Positions 11,503 through 23,995 are shown, counted from the first letter of the whole stretch. The stretch: 63,958 nt of DNA, filler included, from Octopus bimaculoides (GCF_001194135.2; 5 parts of 5 records of this genome joined end to end with filler, not necessarily neighbours in it), one strand, 5' to 3'. Program-made: numbers and translations. The notes: a model not told the origin generated them from the letters alone.

Positions 11503-12139
11503 NNNNNNNNNNNNNNNNNNNNNNNNNNNNNNNNNNNNNNNNNNNNNNNNNNNNNNNNNNNNNNNNNNNNNNNNNNNNNNNNNNNNNNNNNNNNNNNNNN
11601 NNNNNNNNNNNNNNNNNNNNNNNNNNNNNNNNNNNNNNNNNNNNNNNNNNNNNNNNNNNNNNNNNNNNNNNNNNNNNNNNNNNNNNNNNNNNNNNNNNNN
11701 NNNNNNNNNNNNNNNNNNNNNNNNNNNNNNNNNNNNNNNNNNNNNNNNNNNNNNNNNNNNNNNNNNNNNNNNNNNNNNNNNNNNNNNNNNNNNNNNNNNN
11801 NNNNNNNNNNNNNNNNNNNNNNNNNNNNNNNNNNNNNNNNNNNNNNNNNNNNNNNNNNNNNNNNNNNNNNNNNNNNNNNNNNNNNNNNNNNNNNNNNNNN
11901 NNNNNNNNNNNNNNNNNNNNNNNNNNNNNNNNNNNNNNNNNNNNNNNNNNNNNNNNNNNNNNNNNNNNNNNNNNNNNNNNNNNNNNNNNNNNNNNNNNNN
12001 NNNNNNNNNNNNNNNNNNNNNNNNNNNNNNNNNNNNNNNNNNNNNNNNNNNNNNNNNNNNNNNNNNNNNNNNNNNNNNNNNNNNNNNNNNNNNNNNNNNN
12101 NNNNNNNNNNNNNNNNNNNNNNNNNNNNNNNNNNNNNNN

Positions 12140-12285
12140 GCACCACCACTAGCACTACTACCACGACCACTATCCCTACTACCACCACCACTACCATTAC
12201 TACCATCACTGCTACCACCGCCAGCACCACCATCGCCACCATTACAACCACCACCATTACCGCCGCCACCACCATCATCACTACC

Positions 12286-12331
<46 letters not shown>

Positions 12332-12410
12332 TCACCACCACTACCACTACCACCATCACTAGCACCACTACCACTGTCAGCAGCACCACCACCAATACTA
12401 CCACGGTCAC
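12140..12410. repeat. (ACC)/(ACT) degenerate trinucleotide tract
   Basis: Directly visible; source of the poly-T, poly-P and poly-V ORFs. Confidence 0.9.
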
Positions 12411-12489
12411 TGTATATTTTGCTCAAGGCCAGATTTGATCTTTTTCAAGTGTTATTGTTCTGGAAGTATGACATCTGATATTGATAACT

Positions 12490-12975
12490 GTTTGGGATTG
12501 GACAAACAGACAGACAGACACACACACACACACGCGCGCGCACACACACACGCACATACACACACGCACGCACACGCACACACACACACAAACAGACATA
12601 TACAAACATATAATACATACACACATACGTATATGTACAAACATGTACAGGGATACATAAATACATACAAACAGTACGTACAGACACACAGACACATATA
12701 TATAAACATATATAATACATACACGCTTATATGTAGATATATGTATATAGATGAATTAATACATACATACATACAACCAGATAGACATACATACATACAT
12801 ACAACCAGATAGACATACATACATACATACATACATGCATACAACCAGATAGACAGACATGCATGCGTACATACATACATACATACATACATACATAAAT
12901 GCATACAACCAGATAGACAGACATGCAGACATACATACATACATACATACATACATACATACATACATACGTATG
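12490..12975. repeat. Compound (CA)/(TACA) microsatellite with higher-order unit ACAACCAGATAGAC x4
   Basis: The motif recurs at ~12772, 12801, 12841 and 12906. Confidence 0.85.
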
Positions 12976-13059
12976 CATTCAGCCATATATATACATAAAA
13001 TTCTACCGGTCTACCTTTATAATATAAACATACATTTTATACAGTTATAGACATACATT

Positions 13060-13318
13060 GTGGAGGCGCGTGGGCTAGTGGTTAGGGTGTCAGCACCATG
13101 ATTGTAAGATTGTGGTTTCGATTCCTGGACCGGGCGACGCGTTGTGTTCTTGAGCAAAACACTTCATTTTCACGTTGCTCCAGTCCACTCAGCTGGCAAA
13201 AATGAGTAACGCTGCGGTGGACTGGCGTCCCCTCCACCTGGGGAAGACATACGCCATTAAAACCGGGAAACCGGGCCCAATAAGCCTGGCTAGCCTTTAA
13301 AAGGGCGCATTTATTATT
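13060..13318 (+). mobile_element. tRNA-derived SINE family D, full length
   Basis: A box TGGGCTAGTGG, B box GGTTTCGATTCC, AT-rich tail; 15-bp TSD TTATAGAYATACATT (13045-13059/13319-13333, one mismatch). Confidence 0.85.
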
Positions 13319-13439
13319 TTATAGATATACATTACACATAGCTCTCTCTTTCTCTCTCTCTTTCTCCCTTTCCCTTTTCCTGTCTTTCTCCTTCTCTATC
13401 ATCTTATGATTGTCTCTCTTTGTATGCGTTTTATATATA

Positions 13440-13830
13440 CAGGTTTTTCTGGATAAATTTGACGACCATTTATGTCTCCTTTTTTTCAGGAACAGCTTGA
13501 TGTATTGGTGAGCAGTCAACGGCGTTGGACAGCATAAAGATTAAAGCTGTAGTTGAGCTGAAATGGAGGACTGGAAAATCGTCGGAATACTGGCAAAGAA
13601 TTACCTGTACCATGATGATCCACGCTGGGTATCAAAATGCTGACTTCATGACTACTGCTCACTGCTCTGTGAACACTGTAAATCCTGGAAGACATGACAC
13701 GGACAGCTGCAACAGAGACTACGAAGCCGTGGCCAGCATGAAAGATGCGTGTGTCTCCAGTGAGGGTAACGTTATGCCGCCCAGAAAGAGTCAGAAGTGG
13801 TTGTCAGAGGATTTCTATAAGTTCATCTCC
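13440..13830 (+). mobile_element. Internally deleted Tc1/mariner-superfamily element
   Basis: TA|CAGG start; IHAG..CSVNTV HTH-like segment joined to KSQKWLSEDFYKFISP, which resembles the segment just before the WPPxSPD motif. Confidence 0.55.
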
Positions 13831-13902
13831 CCCCCCCACCCAATTTCTGGTTTCCTAATTCCCTCGATTGCAAGTAGGTAGGTAGGTAGGTAGGTAGGTA
13901 GG

Positions 13903-13934
<32 letters not shown>

Positions 13935-13940
13935 AAAAAC

Positions 13941-14145
13941 TTGGGGCTCTTAAACCCAGCCTACAGTTTTTCATTCGCACCCATTAGCATCGGCGCCTTG
14001 GGCTACACAGCAACGGATCTACTTAAAAACCTAGAAAGGCTGGGGTTTCTCCGAAAAAGAACACAGACTAAACTGTGTTTTCCAAGTATAATCAATCAGT
14101 GATGCAGTTAAAATTGGCAGAATGTTCCAGAGGTCTTCCATGTGA
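13941..14145 (+). mobile_element. RLE-type LINE C-terminal remnant
   Basis: LGLLNPAYSFSFAPISIGALGYTATDLLKNLERLGF, then DAVKIGRMFQ in a shifted frame; matches the PIxIGALG C-terminal motif of R4-like elements. Confidence 0.6.
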
Positions 14146-14152
14146 CTTTACC

Positions 14153-14485
14153 ATGCTTGTTTGTTGGCACTCCGTCGCTTACGACGTCGAGGGTTCCAGT
14201 TGATCCGATCAACGGAACAGCCTGCTCGTGAAATTAACGTGCAAGTGGCTGAGCACTCCACAGACACGTGTGCCCTTAACGTAGTTCTCGGGGATATTCA
14301 GCGTGACACAGAGTGTGACAAGGCTGACCCTTTTGAATTACAGGCACAACAGAAACAGGAAGTAAGAGTGAGAGAAAGTTGTGGTGAAAGAGTACAGCAG
14401 GGTTCGCCACCATCCCCTGCCGGAGCCTCGTGGAGCTTTAGGTGTTTTCGCTCAATAAACACACACAACGCCCGGTCTGGGAATC
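14153..14485 (-). mobile_element. SINE family A, 5'-truncated within the B box
   Basis: Reverse complement of the family A body and tail; homology stops at GGGAATC(14485). Confidence 0.9.
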
Positions 14486-14625
14486 AGAACAAACATATTT
14501 TTCAGAAAATATATTTGTTAAAAAGCTCACTGGCTAATCGTGACACCAGGTACGCTTGCCTGGTACTGATTTTCTGTATATCGCTAGCGAGGAGAAATGT
14601 CGCTGCTATCTTTAGCGATCGAGCG

Positions 14626-14693
14626 TCCATCACCTATCAGACCAAAGGATCCACCACTTATCAGACCAAAGGATCCATCACCTATCAGACCAC
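14626..14693. repeat. 24-bp minisatellite, ~3 copies (TCCAYCACYTATCAGACCAAAGGA)
   Basis: Units start at 14626, 14650 and 14674. Confidence 0.9.
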
Positions 14694-14791
14694 ATTATCT
14701 GTTGGTCTTGGTGCTAAAGTTGGTGGGAGAGTTACCCACTCGTGAACGATATAAACAAGCGTGCATTTTACACCAAAAGTCTATATAAGAC

Positions 14792-15047
14792 AATTGCAGC
14801 GTGGAAGGTGTTTATAAGCCATTTAAAATAACACACAAAAGCCGTCAGATTCACTTCAACATTTAAATTTAATTTGTCAAAATATTTTCGTCGCTGTGCT
14901 GAGATGCAGCACAGAATTTTGTCAGTGAACAGGTCGCGGTCTCAAAGCGACGAAAATATTTTGACAAATTAAATTTAAGTGTTGAAGTGAATCTGACGGC
15001 TTTTGTGTTATTTTAAATGGCTTATAAACACCTTCCACGCTGCAATT
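14792..15047. mobile_element. Foldback MITE with ~100-bp TIRs
   Basis: 14792-14895 is a near-perfect reverse complement of 14946-15047; inner hairpin CTGTGCTG-AGATG-CAGCACAG. Confidence 0.9.
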
Positions 15048-15265
15048 ATTTTNNNNNNNNNNNNNNNNNNNNNNNNNNNNNNNNNNNNNNNNNNNNTTAA
15101 TTAATTAANNNNNNNNNNNNNNNNNNNNNNNNNNNNNNNNNNNNNNNNNNNNACACACACACACACACAAGCACACACACGCACATACACAGAAACACAC
15201 ACATATACACATTATATATATAAATAAGCATTAATATGCATGTATGTATATATATATATACATAT

Positions 15266-15420
15266 ATACGACGGGCTTCTTTCAGTTTCCGTCTACCAAA
15301 TCCACTCACAAGGCTTTGGTCGGCCCGAGGCTATAGTAGAAAACACTTGCCCAAGGTGCCACGCAGTGGGACTGAACCCGGAACCATGTGGTTTGTAAGC
15401 AAGCTACTTACCACACAGCC
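15266..15420 (-). mobile_element. SINE family C, 5' half
   Basis: Reverse complement of the family C head; abuts the microsatellite and gap. Confidence 0.9.
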
Positions 15421-16767
15421 CAGTTTATAATTAATATATAGTTAGCATGTTCTATAGCGTCCTCTAGTAAACACTGAGTATCAGTCTTTATAGATACCAC
15501 CTAATAACTAATAAGTAATAAATAAATAATTTAGTTTAAATGATTGAATTATTAAGCAAATTCTATATAATCTTCTCTTTTGATGATAATAAGGTATATA
15601 TACTTCATCATGTACTGATTAAACTATTTATTCCTTTCTATGGTGTTCTACCCTGCTGATCATATGACTTTTATAATAGCCTTTTTGTAAGTAATCCTAA
15701 TGTTTGAAACCCTAGAAATTTATATTAGCTTATATATGACAGCACCGGTAACTTCACAACTTATAATATACCTCCTAGATTATAATTATTATATAGTTAG
15801 CATGTTTTATCGCCCCAGTATTCCTTTATTAAATTGCCAGTAAATCAAGGGATCAATCTTCAATGATACCACCAAATAAGTAAATATTTAAGTATAATGA
15901 ATAAATATTAAACTAAATCTACGTAATTTTCTCTCTCTCTATTGTTGTAAATTGTGATATATACTCAAAATTATTCAAATATCTATCATTTTGGTCATAA
16001 AATTTTCTTAATTTTTTTTGATAAGCCTAAATTTTCTCTTTATACAATATCACAATATTGTGTAAATCATTGAACTATAGTATCCCATGATAAAATTTCT
16101 CCTGTATTATCATCATTGGTTGTATTAGAGTCTTGCCCCTTGAACTGGTAATTAACATCTTGATTTAAGATCTTCCTTTACCAAACCTCATTATAGCCAG
16201 TTACTTTATACTACTTCAAAATAATCTCGACAAGTTTTATGACTATACCCACTTTTATTCTGTCATTTCCCTCATGCCCTTTCCTAACAGACACTGCTCT
16301 ATTGTCCTAGATATTGATATACAAAAATTTTATAAACTAGGACTGTAAATCAAAACCGATCCCAAAAATCAGTGACAAGCTAGAACCCTCACAAGTTTCT
16401 GTTTTCTCTGATGTCTTAGTAGCTTCTAAGTGAGAATAGTATGGAATTTGTCTGCCTTCTTACTCTCTTAGAGGATTTAAGTAAAATTATACGTTTCCGA
16501 CAGTTTAAATTAATTCTGTTTATTTACTTATTTATTTATTTATGCAGCTGAGGATAGCTCTGCATTTAAATTGACGTAATGACTGCATTGTTCAATTAAA
16601 TAGAGCCGCAAGAAACGGTCGTGCTGCGTCACCTCTGGATATCCTGTTTTAATTTTATTCACCTTATTTTGAAATTGTACGGATAATACCGCACTAATTT
16701 TTAGTGACTCAACATAAGTACCTAATTCATCTGAATCTCACTTATTTTGCTTAACTCGTCAACCAAA

Positions 16768-16838
<71 letters not shown>

Positions 16839-17029
16839 TTATCTACTTCAGAGAGACAACAGGGGACGCTAAACTAAGAGAAGTTAAGCGAAGTTAGGAC
16901 GGGTATGAGTTAAGGCACTTGTGAACTTGATAAGAGGAATGAAGGGAGTACCGTAACTCATACCCATACTGACTACTCTTAGGTTCACTCTTAGGTTCAC
17001 AGTTTACACTGATTTTCAGATTGCTGAAA

Positions 17030-17690
17030 TAGAAAGATGTTGCATATGTCGTAACTGCCTTGCTTCTGACTAGTGTCTGAAGCTTGTCCTATTTTTTATA
17101 GGGAGTTCGTGGCTCAAATTAGTCTGTTTTGCATAGGACTTGATTCGTTTATAATAATCACATGACTGGACTTAGTAATTTTTGTAGGTTCCCTTCTACG
17201 TCAGTGTGTTAGAATTCTGTGACAATGTTTGTCGTCGTGAGTTAAGGCTGATACGGTTGAGTGAACATGTCTAGTGACAGTTCCAAGCGATCAATATTCT
17301 GAATGTTTTCTGTCAAGTGTTTGTAGAGAATGAACTCCTGATTCAGTATGGAATATCGTATATTTCCCCCTGCGTCCGTGCGTTAGACTCACGTGACAGT
17401 ATATTTTGCGCCTATGTTCAGTGAACCCACAGATGAAACACGGATAAACAAAGAAAATACTTTCTTACAAAAGTGAAAACCTAGATATAACAAACTTTAA
17501 CAGAGTACATACACAAATAACTATTCACAAACAAAACTCCTTCTGCCACTTAACATGAGGAACTTACACTGCTAACAACCTAAACTTTAGCCACTTGACT
17601 ACATGCAAACGATTCCTGTTACTCTCCCACCGAGCAGATTAAATTTAGAGTGCCTTGATTGTAACTGAACATGTTCACACAACCGTGTCG
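17030..17690 (-). mobile_element. Possible LTR-retrotransposon 5' remnant (LTR, PBS, gag)
   Basis: The minus strand reads ..GAACA|TAGGCGC (LTR end plus PBS-like) and has a weak gag-like QLRHMQH segment. Highly decayed. Confidence 0.25.
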
Positions 17691-17695
17691 GCGTA

Positions 17696-17747
<52 letters not shown>

Positions 17748-17751
<4 letters not shown>

Positions 17752-17962
17752 CTTTATGTGTGTGTCTGTATGTGCCTGCCTACCATTGTTTGACAGCTGA
17801 TGCCGGTGTGTTTACGTCCCCATAACTTAGCAGTTTGGCAAAAAACTACGCTTAGAACTACGCTTACAAATAATAGGTCCTGAGGACGATTTGTTCTGCT
17901 AAAACCCTTTAAGGTGATGCTCCAGCTTGGCCGCTGTGAAATGATTAAAAAAAGTAAAAGTG
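17748..17962 (+). mobile_element. SINE family C, 3' half
   Basis: GGTGTGTTTACGTCCCCATAACTTAGCAG..CTCCAGCTTGGCC..AAGTAAAAG. Confidence 0.8.
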
Positions 17963-18379
17963 TATATATATATATATATATATAGATATACATAAATATA
18001 CAATCACACATACTTTCATATATGTGTGTGTGTTTATTCCGGAAGCAAGATTATTTTTGACAAGAACGCACCAACAAACTAATCAGGTCTTTACCACCAT
18101 CAGTTGGAACAGGAAGCAGGCGAAGTAAAAGCAGATATTGACGGAAACTAAAACATCAATACTTGGATATCTATTAAACGTTATAATAAAAAAGGAAGAC
18201 ATTTGAAAAGTGTTTTAATACTCGAAAATTACTTTAAAGAATAAATTTTTTGGTAGGTTGCTTCATTATAAATTTATATGACGCTCAGAGTTGATTTTCA
18301 AAGAAAAGCACAGTTATTGGATTCTGAAAATTTCTAAATCTTCGTTGCTTGATATATAATAGAATAAGAGCTATACGAA

Positions 18380-18590
18380 GGCGGCGAGCTGGCAAAACCA
18401 TTAGTACGCCGGGTGAAATACTTACCAGCATTTCGTCTGACTTTACGTTCTGAGTTCAAATTCCGCCAAGGTCGACTTTGCTTTTCTTCCTTTCGGGTCT
18501 ATAAATTAAGTACCAGCTGCGTACTAAGGTCGACCTAATAGACTGGTCACCTCCCTCAAACGTTCGGGCCTTGTGCCTTGAGTAGAAAAG
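18380..18590 (+). mobile_element. SINE family B, full length
   Basis: GGCGGCGAGCTGGC head, B box GAGTTCAAATTCC(18452-18464), 3' GGCCTTGTGCC..AGTAGAAAAG; imperfect TSD GAATAAG..CTA. Confidence 0.8.
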
Positions 18591-19878
18591 GAATAAGGAA
18601 CTAATGTATGTATAGCAGATATTCTCAAACTATTTTTAACTAACTCAAACGCTTTTCTTTTACCAACAATTTTTGAATGAATCCATGTTGCACTTCATCA
18701 TAATTATGCACGTCACTGAAATAACTATTCTCTTGGTAGTCGTCTTTAAATGGTTCCTTCTATTTAAGGTATTACAAAGCATTTCGATCACCAATATTAC
18801 CAGATGATATCCACAAAAAACTTTGACAATATTATTGTAAATTGAAGCAATCTATCGCCCACGCACTACCATGCAATTTGTATCCTGTTGTTATGTAAAA
18901 ATATTCCACCTGCTCATAGTGTGTTATCAACAATTTGTGAAGAGTGGATGTAGACAATATTTCAGAAATCACTTCATCATTTGAACAATATATAACATCA
19001 AAATGTGCTTTTTTTCTCTAATGCATAATAGACAAACATGGACACACAGACACAGACACAAACACAGACACACACACGCGCACAAAAAACGCTCACAAAC
19101 ACACACGTTCATGTATATATATATATGAACATACATACACCATTATAATAATACATGATGTACATATACTCATAGACATATATGTATATATATACATATA
19201 TACATATACACATAGACATATATGTATATATATACATATACAAATAGACATATATGTATACATATATATACATATACACATAGACATATATGTATACATA
19301 CATATACATATATACATATACATATACACATAGACATATATGTATATATATACACATATATATATACATACATATCATTTTGTAACACATAATCTACACA
19401 CACTCACACTCACACACATACATACATACATACTTGTTCACAATCAACATGTTCTAATAAAAACATATAAATAAATATGTTTATGTCCATTAACTGCTAA
19501 TATTGGCAAAGGATACAGAATTTGTACAACACATATGCATACCATATAATTGGATGCATGCAGCTATTTAGCGCACTCAGAGCTAAAGAGCGTCGAATAA
19601 TTCTATATGCTCTACTCAAACCCCAAGAAACCCGGCTATTTCAATATTCCAAATTGATATTGCTCAGTTTAGTATTGAATGCATTTATGTTTCTGTAAAT
19701 AAATGCGATTTATATGTGCATATACTCCAGCACATAGCGCACGCACACACACATTCACACACGTACACACACACGCACACACATATTAATTTTCAGAATA
19801 ATTTACGTAACACGACGCTAAGAGTTTTGTGTGTGGCCTTTATCTTATATCCTTTTAACAGGTATAATACCCGATACG

Positions 19879-19923
<45 letters not shown>

Positions 19924-20689
19924 AATATATATATATATATATANNNNNNNNNNNNNNNNNNNNNNNNNNNNNNNNNNNNNNNNNNNNNNNNNNNNNNNNN
20001 NNNNNNNNNNNNNNNNNNNNNNNNNNNNNNNNNNNNNNNNNNNNNNNNNNNNNNNNNNNNNNNNNNNNNNNNNNNNNNNNNNNNNNNNNNNNNNNNNNNN
20101 NNNNNNNNNNNNNNNNNNNNNNNNNNNNNNNNNNNNNNNNNNNNNNNNNNNNNNNNNNNNNNNNNNNNNNNNNNNNNNNNNNNNNNNNNNNNNNNNNNNN
20201 NNNNNNNNNNNNNNNNNNNNNNNNNNNNNNNNNNNNNNNNNNNNNNNNNNNNNNNNNNNNNNNNNNNNNNNNNNNNNNNNNNNNNNNNNNNNNNNNNNNN
20301 NNNNNNNNNNNNNNNNNNNNNNNNNNNNNNNNNNNNNNNNNNNNNNNNNNNNNNNNNNNNNNNNNNNNNNNNNNNNNNNNNNNNNNNNNNNNNNNNNNNN
20401 NNNNNNNNNNNNNNNNNNNNNNNNNNNNNNNNNNNNNNNNNNNNNNNNNNNNNNNNNNNNNNNNNNNNNNNNNNNNNNNNNNNNNNNNNNNNNNNNNNNN
20501 NNNNNNNNNNNNNNNNNNNNNNNNNNNNNNNNNNNNNNNNNNNNNNNNNNNNNNNNNNNNNNNNNNNNNNNNNNNNNNNNNNNNNNNNNNNNNNNNNNNN
20601 NNNNNNNNNNNNNNNNNNNNNNNNNNNNNNNNNNNNNNNNNNNNNNNNNNNNNNNNNNNNNNNNNNNNNNNNNNNNNNNNNNNNNNNNT

Positions 20690-21870
20690 GAACAGTATGG
20701 GAAGCTTCAGATGTGAGCTTTACTGCCCTTTCAACACTCTGAGAATGTGAAGGCAAATGAAGCAGTTCCAGCTTGTTGCCAATCAGTAATGCTTCTTGAA
20801 GTTCCTGGTCAGGAAAGTCTTCTGTGAGAGCAGGTTCACAGATCCCACTTTGAGAAACGTTGAATAATGCTGACCAGTGTGTGGCGTAAATATTGATGTT
20901 TGTGATCCTCTTTAGCCATTTCTTGACTGGCTTCCCACTTCTGAAAGAATAACAATAAATTTAGTTTTTATATTAATATAAAATTGGAGCTCTCATGGCC
21001 GAGTGGATAAGGTACTGGATCCCCACGCCTTGGTCTAGTGTTCGATGCCCAACGAAAACGGACACAAAATTTTTTCAGTGCAGGTAGAGAGAACTCGTCC
21101 ACGGGGCGGGAGACCGAGAATTGCCCGTGCACAAGGCTCTCTGTACTGAACACACAGAACACAGCCACTTACAACATTACTATCTTCCTTCCCTCATCTG
21201 TCTTTACACTCACAACATATTAAGCTTCCATCTCTCGGAGCCCGCCTAAGGGGTTTCAATCCACTACTCCCGCAACGCAGACAAGTAGTTCTCCCTTGAT
21301 CTGCAGAGGGGCTTCCTTGGTTGGTGGCAAAGACATATTTACACGATTTCTTCCACCTGAGGTTAAGTAAAAACTTGATTGAACATTAAGGGTGAAAAGT
21401 AGCTCTAAACCCTTAACCTAACCCCTTAATCCCTATTAGTGTCAAAATTTCTCATTTTAAATTAAAATTTAATTATAATAACAGTTCGATAAATCCCCAT
21501 AATCGAATTATTTTACATTTGAAAATTTATAAATGTACACCTGATGCAGATAATTTTATTGAGAGCAGCTACTTTCACTTCCAAGTATTCAGACTTCATC
21601 ATCGAGTACAGCACAGTAATAGAATTTTCAATAGAATCTTCTAACATGCTGCTAGAACACTTTTGTATTTCCAGCGTTCATGTTTTGAATAACCAGCATC
21701 TTATTAGGTGGTAGTAAAATCTGTTGGATAGACGTCTAAAATCATTATGTGTTAATGTATGTTTAATTCGGTAGGTTTACCTGATGAAACGTAACCATGT
21801 TCTACAGTCGAAATATGTCATCCCTAGCTTCTGCTAAGTTTGCCTACGAGGAAAATTTCTCTTCTGTGAT
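20690..21870 (-). mobile_element. hATm-like DNA transposase remnant split by a GT-AG intron (20941-21540)
   Basis: The downstream segment 20940->20690 is stop-free for 83 codons: NINIYATHWSAL..EPALTE..LPSHSQSVERAVKLTSEASHTV. The upstream segment ends ENSITVLYSMMKSEYLEVKVAALNKIICI, and splicing joins the two in frame. Further upstream motifs are frameshifted. The family name comes from motif recall. Confidence 0.65.
20989..21056 (+). mobile_element. tRNA-derived SINE head inside the putative intron
   Basis: A box TGGCCGAGTGG(20996-21006), B box GTGTTCGATGCCC(21038-21050). Confidence 0.6.
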
Positions 21871-22791
21871 AGTAAATTAGGACATTATACGAAGGTGTAT
21901 TTGCACCTGGTCATTTGTAAGTGTATCTACACACTCACAGAAATCACAAATATGTATATTTGTACGCACACGCACACACACACACACACACAGATATATG
22001 CATTTATGCACACACACACATACACACACGCATATATAATTATCAAAGTTTGGAGATAAAGTCCAGGTAGATATAATGTAAGTCTCAGATGAGGACCGAA
22101 CAACATATAATATATCCAACAATTAGATTTGACTTAATACATGATGTACATAGGTCCAGAGAATATAAAACAAAGTTAACAATAGAAAAAAGGTGTGCCC
22201 CAGCATGGGCACAGCTCATGAGCTGAAGCTAGATAAAATGAAAAAAATTGAAAAATGAAATTAATTATTTATTTTTATATCTATAAAATCCATAAAGTAT
22301 AGACATTAATAAATAAATAAAATGTCTTACATATGTTTCAGTTGATTTACCAAGAGCATATCTACTTAAAATTATATAATTAATTAATTAAATAATTAAT
22401 CAATACAATCTATTTAGTAAAACAACTTCATCAGGGAATTTAAGAGAAACGTCTTAGTTACACCATTTAAAATTGTCATATAGGTAAATATAAATAACGC
22501 AAATCACTATTAACCGTTAAGAGTATTTTCGCTTTTAGGAACGTTAAATAAAATTTGCGTGTATATAGTAGATAGATAGAATAAGCTTCAAACAAAACGA
22601 CTATTCTAAATTATTACGCTTAGCAATAATATACTAAGAAAAATATGAATGACGTTATTAAGTTCAATAAACCAAATCTTCTTTACTAATTTTGTCCATT
22701 ACTTTAACTATATTATATTGTAAGTTAACATTTCTAAATTCTATTTTATATGATATAATATATTTGTCTATACAAATATGATTTACACATA

Positions 22792-22838
<47 letters not shown>

Positions 22839-22861
22839 GTTTGGAGGTGATGTACAGGAAT

Positions 22862-23100
22862 TATATATTAGAAAAATAATAAGGTACTCAGATATCTGGA
22901 TGGTTGTACATTTACATATTTTTATTAATATGTCACATGTTTTTATAAATTAGGGCTTGCATCCATTGTAGTAGATTCTCCAGATTCGACTAGAATAGAT
23001 GCAAGCGCTAATTGATAAAAACATGTGACATATTAATAAATATCTGTAAATGCACAACCATCCAGATATCTGAGTACCTTATTAGTTTTTGTAATATATA
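22862..23100. mobile_element. Foldback MITE with ~100-bp TIRs among (TA)n tracts
   Basis: Arms 22862-22963 and 22998-23100 with a 34-nt loop; a second single arm lies at 36953-37052. Confidence 0.9.
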
Positions 23101-23511
23101 TATNNNNNNNNNNNNNNNNNNNNNNNNNNNNNNNNNNNNNNNNNNNNNNNNNNNNNNNNNNNNNNNNNNNNNNNNNNNNNNNNNNNNNNNNNNNNNNNNN
23201 NNNNNNNNNNNNNNNNNNNNNNNNNNNNNNNNNNNNNNNNNNNNNNNNNNNNNNNNNNNNNNNNNNNNNNNNNNNNNNNNNNNNNNNNNNNNNNNNNNNN
23301 NNNNNNNNNNNNNNNNNNNNNNNNNNNNNNNNNNNNNNNNNNNNNNNNNNNNNNNNNNNNNNNNNNNNNNNNNNNNNNNNNNNNNNNNNNNNNNNNNNNN
23401 NNNNNNNNNNNNNNNNNNNNNNNNNNNNNNNNNNNNNNNNNNNNNNNNNNNNNNNNNNNNNNNNNNNNNNNNNNNNNNNNNNNNNNNNNNNNNNNNNNNN
23501 NNNNNNNNNNN

Positions 23512-23562
<51 letters not shown>

Positions 23563-23959
23563 ATTCAGAACACAAAATGTATTTGTAAATAAGTACAAAA
23601 ATGGATCCAAAATACAGACTATTATAAAGTCTAATTAAATATTAATGTAAATATTAACCTCACAATATAACAATTTTTGATACATTTTTTACCTGGCAAT
23701 CAAGAACGGTCAACATAATTCTTACATGTCTAGTCAAACAACAGAAACGTATAAGACGCTTGACTAGTGCAAAGACAGTACGTCAACCACACATACTGCC
23801 ACGTCAACAACACATATGGCCACACATACACAAAAACATGTACACAGACTCACACACACATATACAAAAATATAACCATACATATATACAGACACACACC
23901 CTCATCCTTAGAGATGGAGACAGATAGAGACAGAGACAGAGTTATACATACACACCAAT

Positions 23960-23995
<36 letters not shown>

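Noticed and set aside
11178-12478. Long ORFs of 300+ aa here and at 19831, 23767, 49800, 57431 and 62015
   Set aside because: They are mostly X from N gaps plus microsatellite translation.
14626-14693. CRISPR-like array
   Set aside because: Units are contiguous with no spacers, there are no cas genes, and the context is eukaryotic.
18600-19000. Possible Polinton or host exon on the minus strand
   Set aside because: Only vague similarity and several stops; not supportable.
21541-21651. HEAT/armadillo-like host exon
   Set aside because: Better explained as the upstream part of the hATm-like transposase, with which it joins in frame.
21781-21795. Other CTGATGA hits as hammerheads (8758, 21781, 30695, 31423 minus, 47524 minus)
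   Set aside because: No correctly placed stem II, GAAA and stem III/I pairing.
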